DNA of 64,000 nucleotides from Waterburya sp. (GCA_965217895.1 CBDCJV010000002.1:3904001-3968000); one strand, 5' to 3'. Positions 1 to 16,401 are shown, counted from the stretch's first letter. Translations and numbers: made by a program. The notes: generated by a model from the sequence alone, not told the origin.

Positions 1-407
1 AAGTTATCATTCTTGGCGATCGCTTTAATTGGCTCAACTATGTAACCTGCATCTCCTTCAGCCGAAGGATTGTTCAACCAAGCCATCAGCTCATCAATAG
101 ATTTATCTTTGGCTAACGTTAATAAAATACCTGCTTGAGATTTAAAGTTTTGCGGATCGCCATCTGTAGAAGTACAGATGGCATTAAAAATTTTCTCTTT
201 ATCTGCTTCAGGCTGATAGCCTTGCATCAAACGCTCAAAAGAAGTGACAATTCCCAAATAATAAACAGGATCGGGCTTAAAATCAGTATTTACTGATAAA
301 AGATGCATTTCTACCAGTAATTCTTCTATCACTCGGCGATATATAGAGTTGATTGGTCGAGGGTAAGCAGCATAAAAAGCCCTTTTACTATCGGAAACAG
401 TTTTCAT
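1..407 (-). CDS. psb29: Photosystem II biogenesis protein Psb29/THF1 (partial, runs off window start)
   Basis: Manual translation from ATG at 407: MKTVSDSKRAFYAAYPRPINSIYRRVIEELLVEMHLLSVN..., the characteristic Psb29/Thf1 N-terminus. Confidence 0.9.
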   Translation of the reverse strand, partial: MKTVSDSKRAFYAAYPRPINSIYRRVIEELLVEMHLLSVNTDFKPDPVYYLGIVTSFERLMQGYQPEADKEKIFNAICTSTDGDPQNFKSQAGILLTLAKDKSIDELMAWLNNPSAEGDAGYIVEPIKAIAKNDN

Positions 408-601
408 AATTAATATTAATTTTTTCTATCAAACATTTTATCTATCCTACGAGTCCTGTACTATAGCTCTTTTTGGGAACTACTTACTCAAACAAAACTC
501 TTAGTATATCTTTATATTATGCAATGATTCTGTCCGACTATTGGAGATTTCTAATTGGAGACCAATGAATTAAGTGCGAAAATAAACCTATTAATATAAT
601 T

Positions 602-910
602 ATGGTTCAAAATTTATCTATGCAGTCACCAGCTATAGGGCAGCACAAGCAGCAGCTTACTTGTCCGAATCTACCTCTAGGAGTATATCGAGAAGTAGCT
701 GCTCATTTACGACAGGTACAAGGAATTGATACCAGCCTAATTCTTCGCTCGATTGAACATGATGAATCTGAAAAGTTTGATTATTACCAAAGCCAAGTTG
801 CAGCCTTAGAAATTAAATACACAGATAAAATAGACGAAACTGCCCAAGAACAAGTCGCAGCAATTCTAGACTATTATGCTCAACGCTACAAACTTTGGGA
901 AAAGTATTGA
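602..910 (+). CDS. Hypothetical protein (cyanobacterial type)
   Basis: 102-aa ORF with LPLGVYREVAAHLRQV motif; no function recognised. Confidence 0.7.
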   Translation: MVQNLSMQSPAIGQHKQQLTCPNLPLGVYREVAAHLRQVQGIDTSLILRSIEHDESEKFDYYQSQVAALEIKYTDKIDETAQEQVAAILDYYAQRYKLWEKY

Positions 911-948
911 AGAAAAAGCAAATAGCAACAATTAAGACAGTTAGGACA

Positions 949-1524
949 TCAAGCAGCATGACTTTGAGCCATTTTCTTAAGCTCGTCATTGGAGACACAA
1001 CGACGCTCAGAACAATAAGCCATGAGACTAACTCCATTAAGCATTTGAATTGTGCTTACCCTAACTCTAAAATCATCAGTTAAAAACCAGCAGCGTTCTT
1101 GTCCTTGGTTATTGTCGTAGTCAGTATTAATGGTTAAAATACCGTCTTCCCCAAACCAGTAGCGACTAATCACCGGCAAGCCATCAACATAACCTTTATC
1201 ACGGATAAGTTTACCGCTTCGTCCTGTTTCATCATCAGGAACATCAATTAAAATGGCAGCATAGTTAGAATTTGGTTCTTTTTCTTCTAAGTTATCTTGC
1301 CAGCTAAAGCTACCGCCACCCTTAGCTTTAGCTGGATCGATGCCCTGCACATCGCACACCTGTTTAACTTTAGGATTATCAGGCTCAATAACCTTAATAA
1401 TTAAGTTAGACTCTCCTGATTCATCAGCCACAATATCAAAATGATGCACGCTTCTTTCTGTATACCATTTGCCTTCACTCTTGCGAAAAAACTCCATCAT
1501 GGTCATGGGTACAGTTAAACGCAT
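949..1524 (-). CDS. Phycobiliprotein lyase, CpcS/CpeS family
   Basis: EFFRKSEGKWYTERSVHH N-terminus, ERCWF and CSERR motifs. Confidence 0.88.
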   Translation of the reverse strand: MRLTVPMTMMEFFRKSEGKWYTERSVHHFDIVADESGESNLIIKVIEPDNPKVKQVCDVQGIDPAKAKGGGSFSWQDNLEEKEPNSNYAAILIDVPDDETGRSGKLIRDKGYVDGLPVISRYWFGEDGILTINTDYDNNQGQERCWFLTDDFRVRVSTIQMLNGVSLMAYCSERRCVSNDELKKMAQSHAA

Positions 1525-1996
1525 ATAAAACCTTGCTCCTCAAAATTCTCTTTCTAAAACAAGTTTAATATTGAGAGGGACTGTTTTGCTTAATGAGAGT
1601 AGCTTGAAGGTTGGTAAACTTTGTCAGCTAAACAATATTAAATCATTTATTATTCAGGCGCGATCACTATTTTTGATGAGAAAGTAAAATACAATGGCTT
1701 CTTTGCCTTACTTGATAGTATTTACTCTGTTGGTAAATTCTTTTTAAGAGTTTAATAGTATCTTTTGTTAAACCTTTGATATATCTCATTTAAGATTTAT
1801 TCTCCTTTTCACTTTCTTGAGCGATCGCCACAGAACATTTGGCGATCTTTCGAGGATAACTCCCTCAATATAATCCTCTCAAACTTTCTTGAAAATATAC
1901 AAATAATTTTGCTTGAGTACTTAAGTGCAACTTCAAGGAGAAATGGTATTAGATTAAATGCCCCCAGGTCAGTTAATAAGATTTTCAGCAGCCATA

Positions 1997-3148
1997 TTAG
2001 CTATTTTTTGCTTGCTGCATCAGCTTGATAAAATTAGCAAATAAATAATCTGCATCATGAGGCCCTGGACTAGCTTCTGGATGATACTGCACCGAAAAGA
2101 AAGGTAAGGTTTTATGACGCAATCCCGCTACCGTTCTATCGTTGAGATTAAGATGGGTTATTTCTACATCCGCCCCTAAAGATTTTTCGGCGATCGCAAA
2201 ACCATGATTTTGACTAGTAATCTCAATCTGCTGTTCTTTCAAGCCTGCGGGCTGATTTAAGCCACGATGTCCAAACTTGAGCTTAAAGGTTTCTGCGCCC
2301 AAAGATAAGCCCAAAATTTGATGACCCATACAAATTCCAAAGGTCGGCTTGTTAGCTTTTAATAGCTCTTTAGTAATAGCTATGCCCTCAGTAACAGCAG
2401 CAGGATCGCCAGGACCATTCGAGAGAAAAATACCATCCGGATTATGAGCTAGTATCTCCTCACTAGGAGTATTGGCAGGAACAACAATTACTTTACAGCC
2501 ATAGCTTGCTAAACGGCGCAGAATATTGCGCTTAATTCCAAAGTCAATTGCCACCACCGTCAGAGAATTATTTTTATTCATCGCACCAGCAAACTCCCAA
2601 TTCCTATCAGTTTCTTCAGACCACTGGTAGACTTCTGGGGTAGTTACCCCTTTGACTAAATTTAAGCCCATCATATCGGGTGCTTGGCGAATTAAATTTA
2701 GCAACCCTTCAGGGTCAAGAATTTCTGTAGAAACTCCGCCGTTAATCGCGCCGTAATCGCGCAATTTCCGCGTTAAAGAGCGGGTGTCAATGCCATAAAT
2801 ACCAGGAATATGCTTCTGTTTAAGATAGTCAGGTAAAGACTGAGTAGAACGCCAATTGCTAGGACGATAGGTGATATTTCGGGCAATTACTGCTTTTGCC
2901 TGCACAATACTAGATTCTTCATCAGCAGGATTGACTCCTGTATTTCCTAGTTCAGGATAGGTAAAAGTAATAATTTGACCAGAGTAGCTAGGATCGGTCA
3001 AAACTTCTTGATATCCTGTCATTCCTGTATTAAAAACTACCTCTCCCACCGCAGTTGTCTCGGCACCAAAAGACCAGCCATGATAAGCAGTTCCATCGGC
3101 GAGAACCAGTAAAGCTGGTTTAGTATTTGGTTTGAGCATATTGACCAT
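1997..3148 (-). CDS. carA: Carbamoyl-phosphate synthase small subunit
   Basis: [41 protein letters not shown] motifs. Confidence 0.98.
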   Translation of the reverse strand: MVNMLKPNTKPALLVLADGTAYHGWSFGAETTAVGEVVFNTGMTGYQEVLTDPSYSGQIITFTYPELGNTGVNPADEESSIVQAKAVIARNITYRPSNWRSTQSLPDYLKQKHIPGIYGIDTRSLTRKLRDYGAINGGVSTEILDPEGLLNLIRQAPDMMGLNLVKGVTTPEVYQWSEETDRNWEFAGAMNKNNSLTVVAIDFGIKRNILRRLASYGCKVIVVPANTPSEEILAHNPDGIFLSNGPGDPAAVTEGIAITKELLKANKPTFGICMGHQILGLSLGAETFKLKFGHRGLNQPAGLKEQQIEITSQNHGFAIAEKSLGADVEITHLNLNDRTVAGLRHKTLPFFSVQYHPEASPGPHDADYLFANFIKLMQQAKNS

Positions 3149-3398
3149 TGATTTACGAGCTTGACTAAATTACCGTGACCACAAAATAATCTAGCAGTTA
3201 TCGGTAAAGATAAGATGGACTATTTCTTTGATTTACTCAGGATTTTAAAATCTTTACTGTAGTCATGGTTACTAAGACCTGCCCAACAAGATAAACTGTT
3301 CAGATAGGTAGATGACATAGTTAGAGAGATTTAACTTAGTCTTTCTATAATAGATATTGACATTACAGCCAAACTAGCGCGAATTTGATTAAGAAAGC

Positions 3399-4505
3399 AT
3401 GAGTCCTAGAAAACTAACCGAAGACGATAAACAAGAGATTCTTCAGCTATATCGTAACTCCCAGGCCACCACCTCAACTTTGGCAAATAACTATGAGGTA
3501 AGCAGTTCGACGATTAGTCGCTTTCTTAAAAACAAACTATCTACTTCAGAATATGAAGATTTAATTCAGCAAAAACGTTTAGCACGTACACCTAGAGGTG
3601 AAAAATCCTCTGAAAAAGAGCCAAAAACTAAGACAAAATCTCCTAAAACCAAGTCAAATAAGTCTAAAAAGGCTTCTGATGCCGAAGTCATAACTCCTAC
3701 AGTTATAGAAGAAGCAACTGTCAAGCCCAAAACTGAATCAAAACCATCTGTTCGTCGCCGTCGCCGTTCCAGCGTTACCGAAGAACCTATAGTTGCTGAG
3801 GTTGTTCCGACACAAACTGAAGTCAATCAGCCTGAAGAATTGGTAGAAGCTCAGACAAACAACTCAGAGGAATCCTTAACAGAAAAACAACCTAATAAAT
3901 TAATAATTGATAAACAGCCTCGTGGCACTGTCAAAAACTCAAGTAAAGACACTGAGGAATTAGCCTCTTATAAAAGCAATAGTTTAATTCTCAAAGCAGA
4001 TCGAGTCGATCTTGAAGATGAAAACGATGACGATGACGATGACGATAATGGAGTAGACATCATTACTCTCAAAGAAATGCTGGGAGAAGACCTAGAAGAC
4101 ATCAATGATGATAACGATGATGATGATGATGATTGGGAAGACGATAACGAAGATGGGATAACTTATCCTAGCAAGAGTTCCAATTTAAGTGATGTTCAGA
4201 TTTTGCCTCTTTCTCAAGCCTCTTTTCCGAGAACTTGCTATTTAGTTATCGACCGCTCAGCAGAATTGATTGTCAAGCCTTTGGCTGATTTTGCTGATTT
4301 GGGTGCAATTCCTCAAGCAGAAGTTAGGGAAACGACTTTGCCAGTATTTGATAATCATCGTATTGCTAAGCGTTTTTCTCATCGTCGTGAGCGAGTAATT
4401 AAAGTTCCTGATGGGCGGATGCTGCAAAAAACTTCCCATTATCTTCAAGATAAAGGTATTACTAGATTACTAATTGATGGTCAGATTTATTCTTTATCTA
4501 ATTAG
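3399..4505 (+). CDS. Protein with N-terminal HTH and acidic low-complexity linker
   Basis: N-terminal HTH-like segment (TSTLANNYEVSSSTISRFL), poly-Asp tract, folded-looking C-terminal domain. Confidence 0.75.
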   Translation: MSPRKLTEDDKQEILQLYRNSQATTSTLANNYEVSSSTISRFLKNKLSTSEYEDLIQQKRLARTPRGEKSSEKEPKTKTKSPKTKSNKSKKASDAEVITPTVIEEATVKPKTESKPSVRRRRRSSVTEEPIVAEVVPTQTEVNQPEELVEAQTNNSEESLTEKQPNKLIIDKQPRGTVKNSSKDTEELASYKSNSLILKADRVDLEDENDDDDDDDNGVDIITLKEMLGEDLEDINDDNDDDDDDWEDDNEDGITYPSKSSNLSDVQILPLSQASFPRTCYLVIDRSAELIVKPLADFADLGAIPQAEVRETTLPVFDNHRIAKRFSHRRERVIKVPDGRMLQKTSHYLQDKGITRLLIDGQIYSLSN

Positions 4506-4608
4506 GGCTATCCTAACTGCTTTTACTGTTAAGCTATATGGATAAAACTGGAATCGAAGCAAGGAAAAAACTACAATTATTTACAAAGCTTCTGATGAAA
4601 TTAACGTA

Positions 4609-4806
4609 ATGATAGTTATGATTGCAGACCAGCAAATTTTATCAGCTAAACAGGTTTGTCAAAGTTGTTTAATGGCAGATAATAGCGGTCTACCTCGTTG
4701 GTATAGTGGTCAGTTAGGTTGTGGAAAAGCTTTAGCAAAATCTACTCCAAGACAAGCCACAGTCTATGAATGTCAAATGGGATTCAATGTTATTCTAGTC
4801 GATTGA
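4609..4806 (+). CDS. Small Cys-rich hypothetical protein
   Basis: CQSC...C...YECQMGF pattern in a 65-aa ORF. Confidence 0.7.
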   Translation: MIVMIADQQILSAKQVCQSCLMADNSGLPRWYSGQLGCGKALAKSTPRQATVYECQMGFNVILVD

Positions 4807-4986
4807 TTGGCAAGCTTTGACTGGTTAAAATAATTTGCTGCCTAGATTTACCGTTTACCAAAATGATTTTGCCAGAGTCTAAATTCTTGCTAAAGTTTAT
4901 CAAGCTCAAGCAGAGGTAAAAAGGCTTCGCTCCAGCTATTAGCCGTTAGCTCTTGGCTTCTATCAAACAGGATTTAGTATCCCCTG

Positions 4987-5634
4987 CTAACTTTTGACTT
5001 TTGAATTGCGGTCTAGAAATTTTAAAAAGTTCAGGCTAATTAATAACCACAAATAGCCAAAAAGATACCCTCCCAAAACATCTGTCGCCCAATGAGCTTT
5101 GATATAGATACTGCCAAAGCCGATTAATAAAACAATTATGGTGGCAAGAATATAAATATATTTGGTCAATTTAGGGTATTGTGCAGCTAACAAAAAAGCG
5201 AGGTAAAAGTAAAAAACCAGATTTCCTGCTGCATGACCACTAGGAAAACTATCTCCGCCTAAATCGTCTACTAATCTGGGTTTTGGAGGACGAGAACGCC
5301 CAAAAATAGGCTTTAGGATTTCATCAACTAGTATTAAAATGCCCAGCGTAGCGAATGCTAGAGCTTTGGCTTCTTGCCAGTATCGTTTACGAATCAAAAA
5401 TACTAGGGTAGCCAGCACTAAAGATCCAGCAATATATGTGTTACCAATTTTATAGAGACCTATGAAAAAAAAGTCGAGCAACACTCGCCTTTGAGCCTGC
5501 AATATTTGCAATATTTGCGAGTCTAACTGAGGATAATTGTGAGTAAATATTTGATAGCAAAGATGTGCGAAAGGAATAGTGCAAAGTAAAATAAAAACAA
5601 GATTTGCTTTGCCAATTTTGTACGAACTTTTCAT
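4987..5634 (-). CDS. PAP2-family membrane phosphatase
   Basis: KxxxxRxRP, SFPSGHA and HWATDV motifs plus hydrophobic segments. Confidence 0.92.
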   Translation of the reverse strand: MKSSYKIGKANLVFILLCTIPFAHLCYQIFTHNYPQLDSQILQILQAQRRVLLDFFFIGLYKIGNTYIAGSLVLATLVFLIRKRYWQEAKALAFATLGILILVDEILKPIFGRSRPPKPRLVDDLGGDSFPSGHAAGNLVFYFYLAFLLAAQYPKLTKYIYILATIIVLLIGFGSIYIKAHWATDVLGGYLFGYLWLLISLNFLKFLDRNSKVKS

Positions 5635-5823
5635 CTTGTTAAAGTCTAATTGCAGAAATCTTTACATCGAAGGTTAAAATTTCAACAGTTTGTTTAAAAA
5701 ACCAATATTTTTTTCAGACATCTTCTCCTAAACGAACAGCCAGATTACATTCAGTCTATTCTAGACTTTTTGCTGCAAAAATTAACCAGCTTTTAACCTT
5801 TTCTTGACTAATTTCTCAAAAAC

Positions 5824-7515
5824 ATGGGCAGATATATCTTACCTGAGTTGAGTCCTTCAGTTTCGCTCCCGTCTAATATCCAAATAATTACGCCAACAAA
5901 AGCGATCGCCCGACATACTCGCCAGCTTGTTCCATCTACTTGCCAATCTTATTACAGCTTGGAAAGTCTGGCACAAAATATCGTCCGTCGTCAGGGATGG
6001 GGAATTGCTTCTACTTTATTAAGCCGTCGTTTACTCCAAAATGCGATCGCCAAAGTAATTAAAACCCAAGATACTGAAGGTACGGCTAAAGCTTATTTAT
6101 CAACTATTAAAGATCTATTTCGTAGTGGTATAAATTTAGCTCAGCTACAGCAAAATTGCGATCTTAAAATGCAGCAGTTAGCAAATATGGCGATCGCCTA
6201 TCAAAAACTGTTAAGACAAAGAAATAAGCTAGATAGTGCCGAACTTTATTGGCAGGGTGCAGCCAAAGTTGTTTATCAAAAAACTTATTTTATGGCTATT
6301 TTGTCCCAAATAAAGCTGAACTGGCTTTGATAAATGCGATCGCTACTCAGGATAGTATATTAGTGTTGCCCGTAGATGAATTATTGATTCAAAATCAATG
6401 GGCATTAAACTGGCTAAAAGCTCAAGGGTGGTCACAGAAAAAGCAAATACAGCCTACGGGATATTAATCAACAATTACAGCAGTGTTTTAAGCAGACAGG
6501 AGAATTGCCAATAGGAGTTAGGCTTCAGGTTTTTCCTAATTTGCTAGAAGAAGTGCGAGGCGTATTGACTCAGGTAAAGATTTTACTGACTCAAGGAGTC
6601 AAAGCCAAAGATATTATTTTAGTAACTAGAGACGAAAAATTATACGGCGAGACTTTAATCGATCTTGCCTGGGAATATAGTATTCCTGTGCGGGTATGTT
6701 ATGAAATTCCCCTAGAACAAAGTCGCATAGGTGCATGGCTCAAACTATTGCTAGAGGTAATTGGGGGCAACTTTTTTAAATGGTTTAGTGCGCGGTTGCT
6801 CAAGCTCAAAGAATTAACCGAAGCCGAATTAGATCTTGGTGCTGCTGTGCGAGGCAACCTATATCATCGCTGTTTGGAACTATCTTTAGAACATATTAAA
6901 ACTGCTGATGATCTAGCTAAATTCAACCAGGAACAACTGGTAAAAGCTTTTACCAAAGCAGAAGCGGAATTAAACTTAACTCAACTACCAGGATGGTCAG
7001 TTCAACGCCAAGAACATTTAAACTTACTGGCACTTAATTTAACTACGGCGGAATTTCTTCCCGCTCAAAGTGAAGTCATCGCCAGAGAAACTAAATTCTC
7101 TACTCAATGGTACGGCTTAAACATTAAAGGACGAGTAGACAGAATTGATCGCACCATTACAGGCTTAACGATAATTGATTACAAAACCAGTGGCGTAATT
7201 CCTGCGGGCGTAAAAGATGCCATGGGTAAAGCCAATCTCGATATCCAGCTAGCAGTATATCAAGATGCGATCGCCAAAAAATATCCTGGTGAAGCTATAG
7301 ATGGCGCAGCATACTACTCTGTAAATAAGCAAAAAACTATTAGTCGTCACCAAAAAGATGCTGAATCACTAGCTATTTTTGCAGAACAGGTAAAAGCTCA
7401 TTTAGAACAGGGACATTATCCCGTCGCTCCTGACGTAGACCGCAAAGCCTGTCGCTATTGCGACTATGATTTGGTTTGTCGTCAGCGTAGTAGACAAAGT
7501 TATAGGAGCGAATAA
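5824..7515 (+). pseudogene. Fragmented AddB-like PD-(D/E)XK nuclease gene
   Basis: Three consecutive ORF pieces (5824-6330, 6249-6467, 6505-7515); the last has GRVDRID, IDYKT, QLAVY and CRYCDYDLVCR. Confidence 0.7.
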
Positions 7516-7979
7516 AGTTATGGAGTTTTAGTTTAGAAACTAGCTTTTTTTCTCATTTGAAATTGATTAAGTTGATTACTAATAAGCTGATTTAACTTGC
7601 TAAACTTTTTGCTACCGAAAAGCCATAAAAATCTTTTGATCTCAGCATTGAGAACACAAAAGTTGCTATTTTAAACAATCACCATCAATTTTCGGAGCGT
7701 AAATATCAAAATCATCTAAAACAAAAGTTCATGTTTTAATTCAGCATTACTATCTTTAAATAGTTGGTCGAAAGCATTTTTTCCAGACGAACAAATGCTT
7801 AAAGCAAACAAAATATATGTGTTTTAATCGCTTGAGTATTACGCACCATGTAATTACTTCGAGCAACATTTCTTTAAAATAATTGTTTTTTGTCTTACCC
7901 TCTTTTTGGTCATAGATTAGATTTTATAAGCAAAAAGACCATCACTTTGAAGAAATGGTCTTTTTACTTATAAGATAAA

Positions 7980-8098
7980 ACCTGGCACTGAGCTATTTTT
8001 CCGGGGGGCTACCCCCCAAGTATCTTCGCCGCTACAGAGTTTAACTATCGAGTTCGGGATGGGATCGAAGTGGTTCCACTGCGCTAAAAACACCAGGA
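7980..8098 (-). rRNA. rrf: 5S rRNA
   Basis: Reverse complement begins TCCTGGTG and contains CCATCCCGAACTCG; lies downstream of 23S. Confidence 0.96.
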
Positions 8099-8211
8099 AG
8101 ACTGGTAGGACATCCGTCCCTTCAAGACTGCATAAATCTAGAATTGTGCAGGTTGAGCCAAAATATTGAGATTACTAAATAAGTCCTTTAGTTGTTTGAT
8201 AGATTGAATCA

Positions 8212-11047
<2,836 letters not shown>

Positions 11048-11351
11048 TTTGATTGTTAGATGAGATCCAACAATCTTTTCTGCTCTATAGGTTATTACCT
11101 ATTTGGACTTGTTTTTTTGTGAGTTTTTACACTCACTGCCTTAGTTCTATATTTTGGCTCTATCTCCAGCAAAATCTTTTTCTGTCTTTCGACATCCAAA
11201 GCTTTTGCTTTTTCTAGATATTATGCAGTTTTCAAGGTTCGCTTGCTAGAGTCTATAACTCCAGCATCCTCATCCTACCTTTTTGGCTGGTAGCTATGAC
11301 AGTGCTGAATCTATTCTCTTTATTTTTAGCTCTTTTTCTCTTTTCGTTTTT

Positions 11352-11427
11352 TGGTGGAGATAAGCGGACTCGAACCGCTGACATCCTGCTTGCAAAGCAG
11401 GCGCTCTACCAACTGAGCTATACCCCC
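11352..11427 (-). tRNA. tRNA-Ala(TGC)
   Basis: GGGGGTATAGCTCAG...TTGCAA...GTTCGAGTCC...CCA, 76 nt, in the 16S-23S spacer. Confidence 0.97.
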
Positions 11428-11510
11428 TTTCATTTAACATTTATCAATTAACACTTATCATTCTCCAGCCATCGCTGTTTAATGTTCCATGTCAAATGTT
11501 CAATGTTTTA

Positions 11511-11587
<77 letters not shown>

Positions 11588-11749
11588 GCATTTTGGTTAG
11601 ACTCATTTGACTGAGTTTAAACCAGAACACAATTAGTTTGACAGTTCTTGATATTTACCAATTTTTCGTTTTGTAGACCGACCTTTGGTTTGACCTGTGA
11701 AGCTCCAGACATAAATATCTGTCTTGGACTCACGGTTTTGGTCTCCCTA

Positions 11750-13243
<1,494 letters not shown>

Positions 13244-13462
13244 GAACATTTATTCATCAAGTTGATACTTGATTTTCTGCTCTTTCTTTTTGTTATCCTT
13301 AATAATTGACTTGCAGATAAAATCTTAAAGTCACTAAATTTGGGGATGGAATTTAATGTTTTTAATCTAAAAAACTTGGTGTTCTAAAAACTGTCAAACT
13401 ATTGCTTTGTCTAGGTTCTGGGCGTTGTTGACTGACTCATGTCTGTTAACCGCGCATTTACC

Positions 13463-13491
13463 AATATAGGTAATCTCAATCTCTCTGTCAA
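13463..13491 (-). promoter_or_regulatory. Sigma70-type rrn promoter
   Basis: TTGACA (13491-13486), 17-bp spacer, TATATT (13468-13463) upstream of 16S. Confidence 0.75.
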
Positions 13492-13610
13492 CCCCCTTTT
13501 GAAAAAAAATGAAAGCTTTCTCCTTTTTGAGATTTATTTTTTCCATCAAAGCTTTGCTAGTTATAGTGTTATAACATCTTAAATTATTTTTTTAAAACCC
13601 AAAAAATTTT

Positions 13611-14465
13611 ATGGCTAGTTTACCTTCCTTAATAATTATTGATCGCCTGCTAGAAAATTGGTTGTTAGAAGACGTTGGTAGAGGAGACTTCACCACCGAG
13701 GGATTATTTGCAGAAGAGATTAAAAATAATCAGGCGATATGGGTAGTAAAAGAAGATGGGGTAATTGCAGGATTACCGATCGCGGCTAGAGTTTTTAAAT
13801 TATTAGATAGAGAGACAATGTTCAATCTTGACGTAAACGAAGGAGATTTTTGTAAGTCTGGAACAAAAATCGCCAGCATCAAAGGAAGTAGAAAGGCTTT
13901 ATTGACAGGAGAAAGAGTGGCACTAAATCTAGCCATGCGCTTGAGTGGGATTGCAACTGCAACCCGCAGCTATGTAGAAAAGATCGACGATTTTCTAGTT
14001 AAGCTGGTAGATACTAGAAAAACCACTCCAGGCTTGAGAGTATTAGAAAAATACGCTACTAGAGTTGGTGGTGCGGTTAATCATCGAATGGGATTGGATG
14101 ATGCGGTAATGCTCAAAGATAATCATATTAAGGCAGCAGGAGGAATTCAAAAAGCGATCGCACTTTTGCGTAACAATATTCCTTACCCTTTGAACATAGA
14201 GGTAGAGACAACAAATATAGAAGAAGTAAAGCAAGCATTAAAATATGGTGCAGACATAATCATGCTAGATAATATGCCAACTGAGTTAATGACTCAAGCA
14301 GTAAAGACAATTCGCGAGACAAATCCTAGAATTAGAATAGAAGCTTCAGGCAATATCACTTTAAAAACTATTCGTGCGGTGGCGCAAACAGGAGTTGATT
14401 ATATTTCTAGTAGCGCGCCGATAACGCGATCGCACTGGCTAGATTTGAGTATGAGAATGCTGTAA
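13611..14465 (+). CDS. nadC: Nicotinate-nucleotide pyrophosphorylase (carboxylating)
   Basis: DTRKTTPGLR, NHRMGLDDAVMLKDNHI, IMLDN and EASGNI motifs. Confidence 0.97.
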   Translation: MASLPSLIIIDRLLENWLLEDVGRGDFTTEGLFAEEIKNNQAIWVVKEDGVIAGLPIAARVFKLLDRETMFNLDVNEGDFCKSGTKIASIKGSRKALLTGERVALNLAMRLSGIATATRSYVEKIDDFLVKLVDTRKTTPGLRVLEKYATRVGGAVNHRMGLDDAVMLKDNHIKAAGGIQKAIALLRNNIPYPLNIEVETTNIEEVKQALKYGADIIMLDNMPTELMTQAVKTIRETNPRIRIEASGNITLKTIRAVAQTGVDYISSSAPITRSHWLDLSMRML

Positions 14466-14569
14466 GGCATTACTTACTAGAATTACAAATCCAAATAAAA
14501 TATAAATAGTTCAACTAATTGATCGATCCCTCGGTTAACTTTAAGGCGTAGCTCTCTGATTCAATAACT

Positions 14570-15136
14570 ATGTTGATCTTGCAAGTAGACTGGAATCAAT
14601 TAGCGGAGATTAAAGAATTACAAGCTTATTTTCAGACAGATTTCCCAGGATTTCAAACTCTTGTTGAACAGTACATTAATAAGTTTGAACAATTTGGACA
14701 AGAAGAATTAAATAAACTTGCATATTTACGAGTATTGGAGGTGACTAACGGCTGTACTCAGTGGGGATTTCGGAGACAGGATGGAGAAAGCTTGCCTGTA
14801 GAAGATACTAGGCAATGTATGAAGTTGGTTATGGGATTTATTAAAAACAAGAAAGTTTACTTTCCTAGTAGAGGAATAATTATTTTTGAGCCTGAAGTTG
14901 AAAGTTTTATCGAGAATGGTCGTAAAATGTATTGTGATGCTTTCAAGAAAAATATTCCTGGCATGAAACGAGAATATTATGCTTCTTCGGCAGCGCAATT
15001 TATTGTTTATGGTGCTAAAAACTTGCGACTAGCAATGGATTGTGTGAAGCATGACTATGAATACCTTTTCTCTGCCTATTCTATTCAAAGAGGACGTGAT
15101 TATATTGCTCCATATCTCGCTAGTATTTCTGCTTAA
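14570..15136 (+). CDS. Hypothetical protein
   Basis: 188-aa ORF; no recognised motif. Confidence 0.7.
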   Translation: MLILQVDWNQLAEIKELQAYFQTDFPGFQTLVEQYINKFEQFGQEELNKLAYLRVLEVTNGCTQWGFRRQDGESLPVEDTRQCMKLVMGFIKNKKVYFPSRGIIIFEPEVESFIENGRKMYCDAFKKNIPGMKREYYASSAAQFIVYGAKNLRLAMDCVKHDYEYLFSAYSIQRGRDYIAPYLASISA

Positions 15137-15192
15137 GCCCTTGTTTTTGAATGTTTAAACTGAAGATAAACACATTAAATTAAAGAGTATAG

Positions 15193-15987
15193 TCAAATAG
15201 AAATCTCTTCAATCTCATTAATTGATTTGCGCCATTCTTGATGATCATTCTGCTTTTTACTTACCTCTGACAGGAATTGATAATAAGGACAAGCTTGTTG
15301 GCAGTTTCCCCTATGAGGTAAATCTATTTGTAATTGACTATAATCAGCCAGCCATGTCTCTAAATTAGCTAATAAATGAATCAAGTCTTGTTGTGTTTGC
15401 TGATGTTGCTGTTCACTATAGTCAAAAACGGTGTTTTGAGGCTTACCAGATTTAGCAAACCAATAAACCATTTGAATCTGTTCAGGAACGTATTCAGAAG
15501 TTTCGGCTAGTACATAAAGATATAGCTTTGTTTGCCAATTATCCACTAAATCTTTGAAGCTTCGTGGTTGACGATGTGTTTTCCAGTCGAGAATTATTGC
15601 TCTATCTTTTTTAGCAATTAGCAAATCATAAATGACCGTAAGTAAAAAGTTATCCGAGGTGATAGTGCGACAATGTTCAGCTTCGCGCCAAATATCAGAA
15701 TCTTGTTCTTGAAGGTAGGGATTGGCTTGAACTAAAGCTTTAAAAGCGAAATCTAGATCTGGATCTGCCGTTAGCAATGAATCAATAGGTAAAGTTAGCT
15801 CTCTTTGCTGCATCAATAGGTGAAATCGACTTCCCCATTGCATACTTTCCTGTTTCTCAGGTTCAGGCAGAAAAGTCAAGCCATCAAGATAAACTTGCTG
15901 AAACTTTGGAGGACAACATTCCAAGAGGTTGAGATGCCCTTGAGATAAATGAATTAAAGGTGATAGTTGGTCTGGCAAATTACTCAT
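15193..15987 (-). CDS. PD-(D/E)XK nuclease family protein
   Basis: YDLL...ILDWKT...WQTKLY motifs; Cys cluster at the C-terminus. Confidence 0.85.
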   Translation of the reverse strand: MSNLPDQLSPLIHLSQGHLNLLECCPPKFQQVYLDGLTFLPEPEKQESMQWGSRFHLLMQQRELTLPIDSLLTADPDLDFAFKALVQANPYLQEQDSDIWREAEHCRTITSDNFLLTVIYDLLIAKKDRAIILDWKTHRQPRSFKDLVDNWQTKLYLYVLAETSEYVPEQIQMVYWFAKSGKPQNTVFDYSEQQHQQTQQDLIHLLANLETWLADYSQLQIDLPHRGNCQQACPYYQFLSEVSKKQNDHQEWRKSINEIEEISI

Positions 15988-16032
15988 TTTTATTGCGTTA
16001 CCCTGACCGTCAGACAGCCAGGGTCTAATGTT

Positions 16033-16401
16033 TTAGTCTTCATCTAGAGGCAAACCAAATCTGACTTTTCCTCTGGCGAAATAGCGGCCAAACTGCATTT
16101 CGTATACTTCGTCTTCATCTTGTGTCTCTACTTCTAAATCTGAACGAGGATAACTAACGCACAGTAAAGCATAACCTTGTTCTTTAAGCTTGGGAGATAA
16201 TCCCATTGCTTCTGGCTGATCTAGTTCCCCTGAGATAACTTTTACCGCACAGCTAGTACAGGCACCATTACGACACAAAAAAGGCAGTTTTGCATCTTGT
16301 TGTTCAGCAGTTTGCAAAATGTATTGATCTTCTGTAACTTCGACAATGTAGTGTTTTCCAGTAGCGCGATCGCGAACTTTTACTATATGGGTTTTGCTCA
16401 T
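16033..16401 (-). CDS. 2Fe-2S ferredoxin with C-terminal extension (Fed2/FdC2-like)
   Basis: CRNGACTSC...LLCV; DEVYEMQFGRYF tail. Confidence 0.92.
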   Translation of the reverse strand: MSKTHIVKVRDRATGKHYIVEVTEDQYILQTAEQQDAKLPFLCRNGACTSCAVKVISGELDQPEAMGLSPKLKEQGYALLCVSYPRSDLEVETQDEDEVYEMQFGRYFARGKVRFGLPLDED

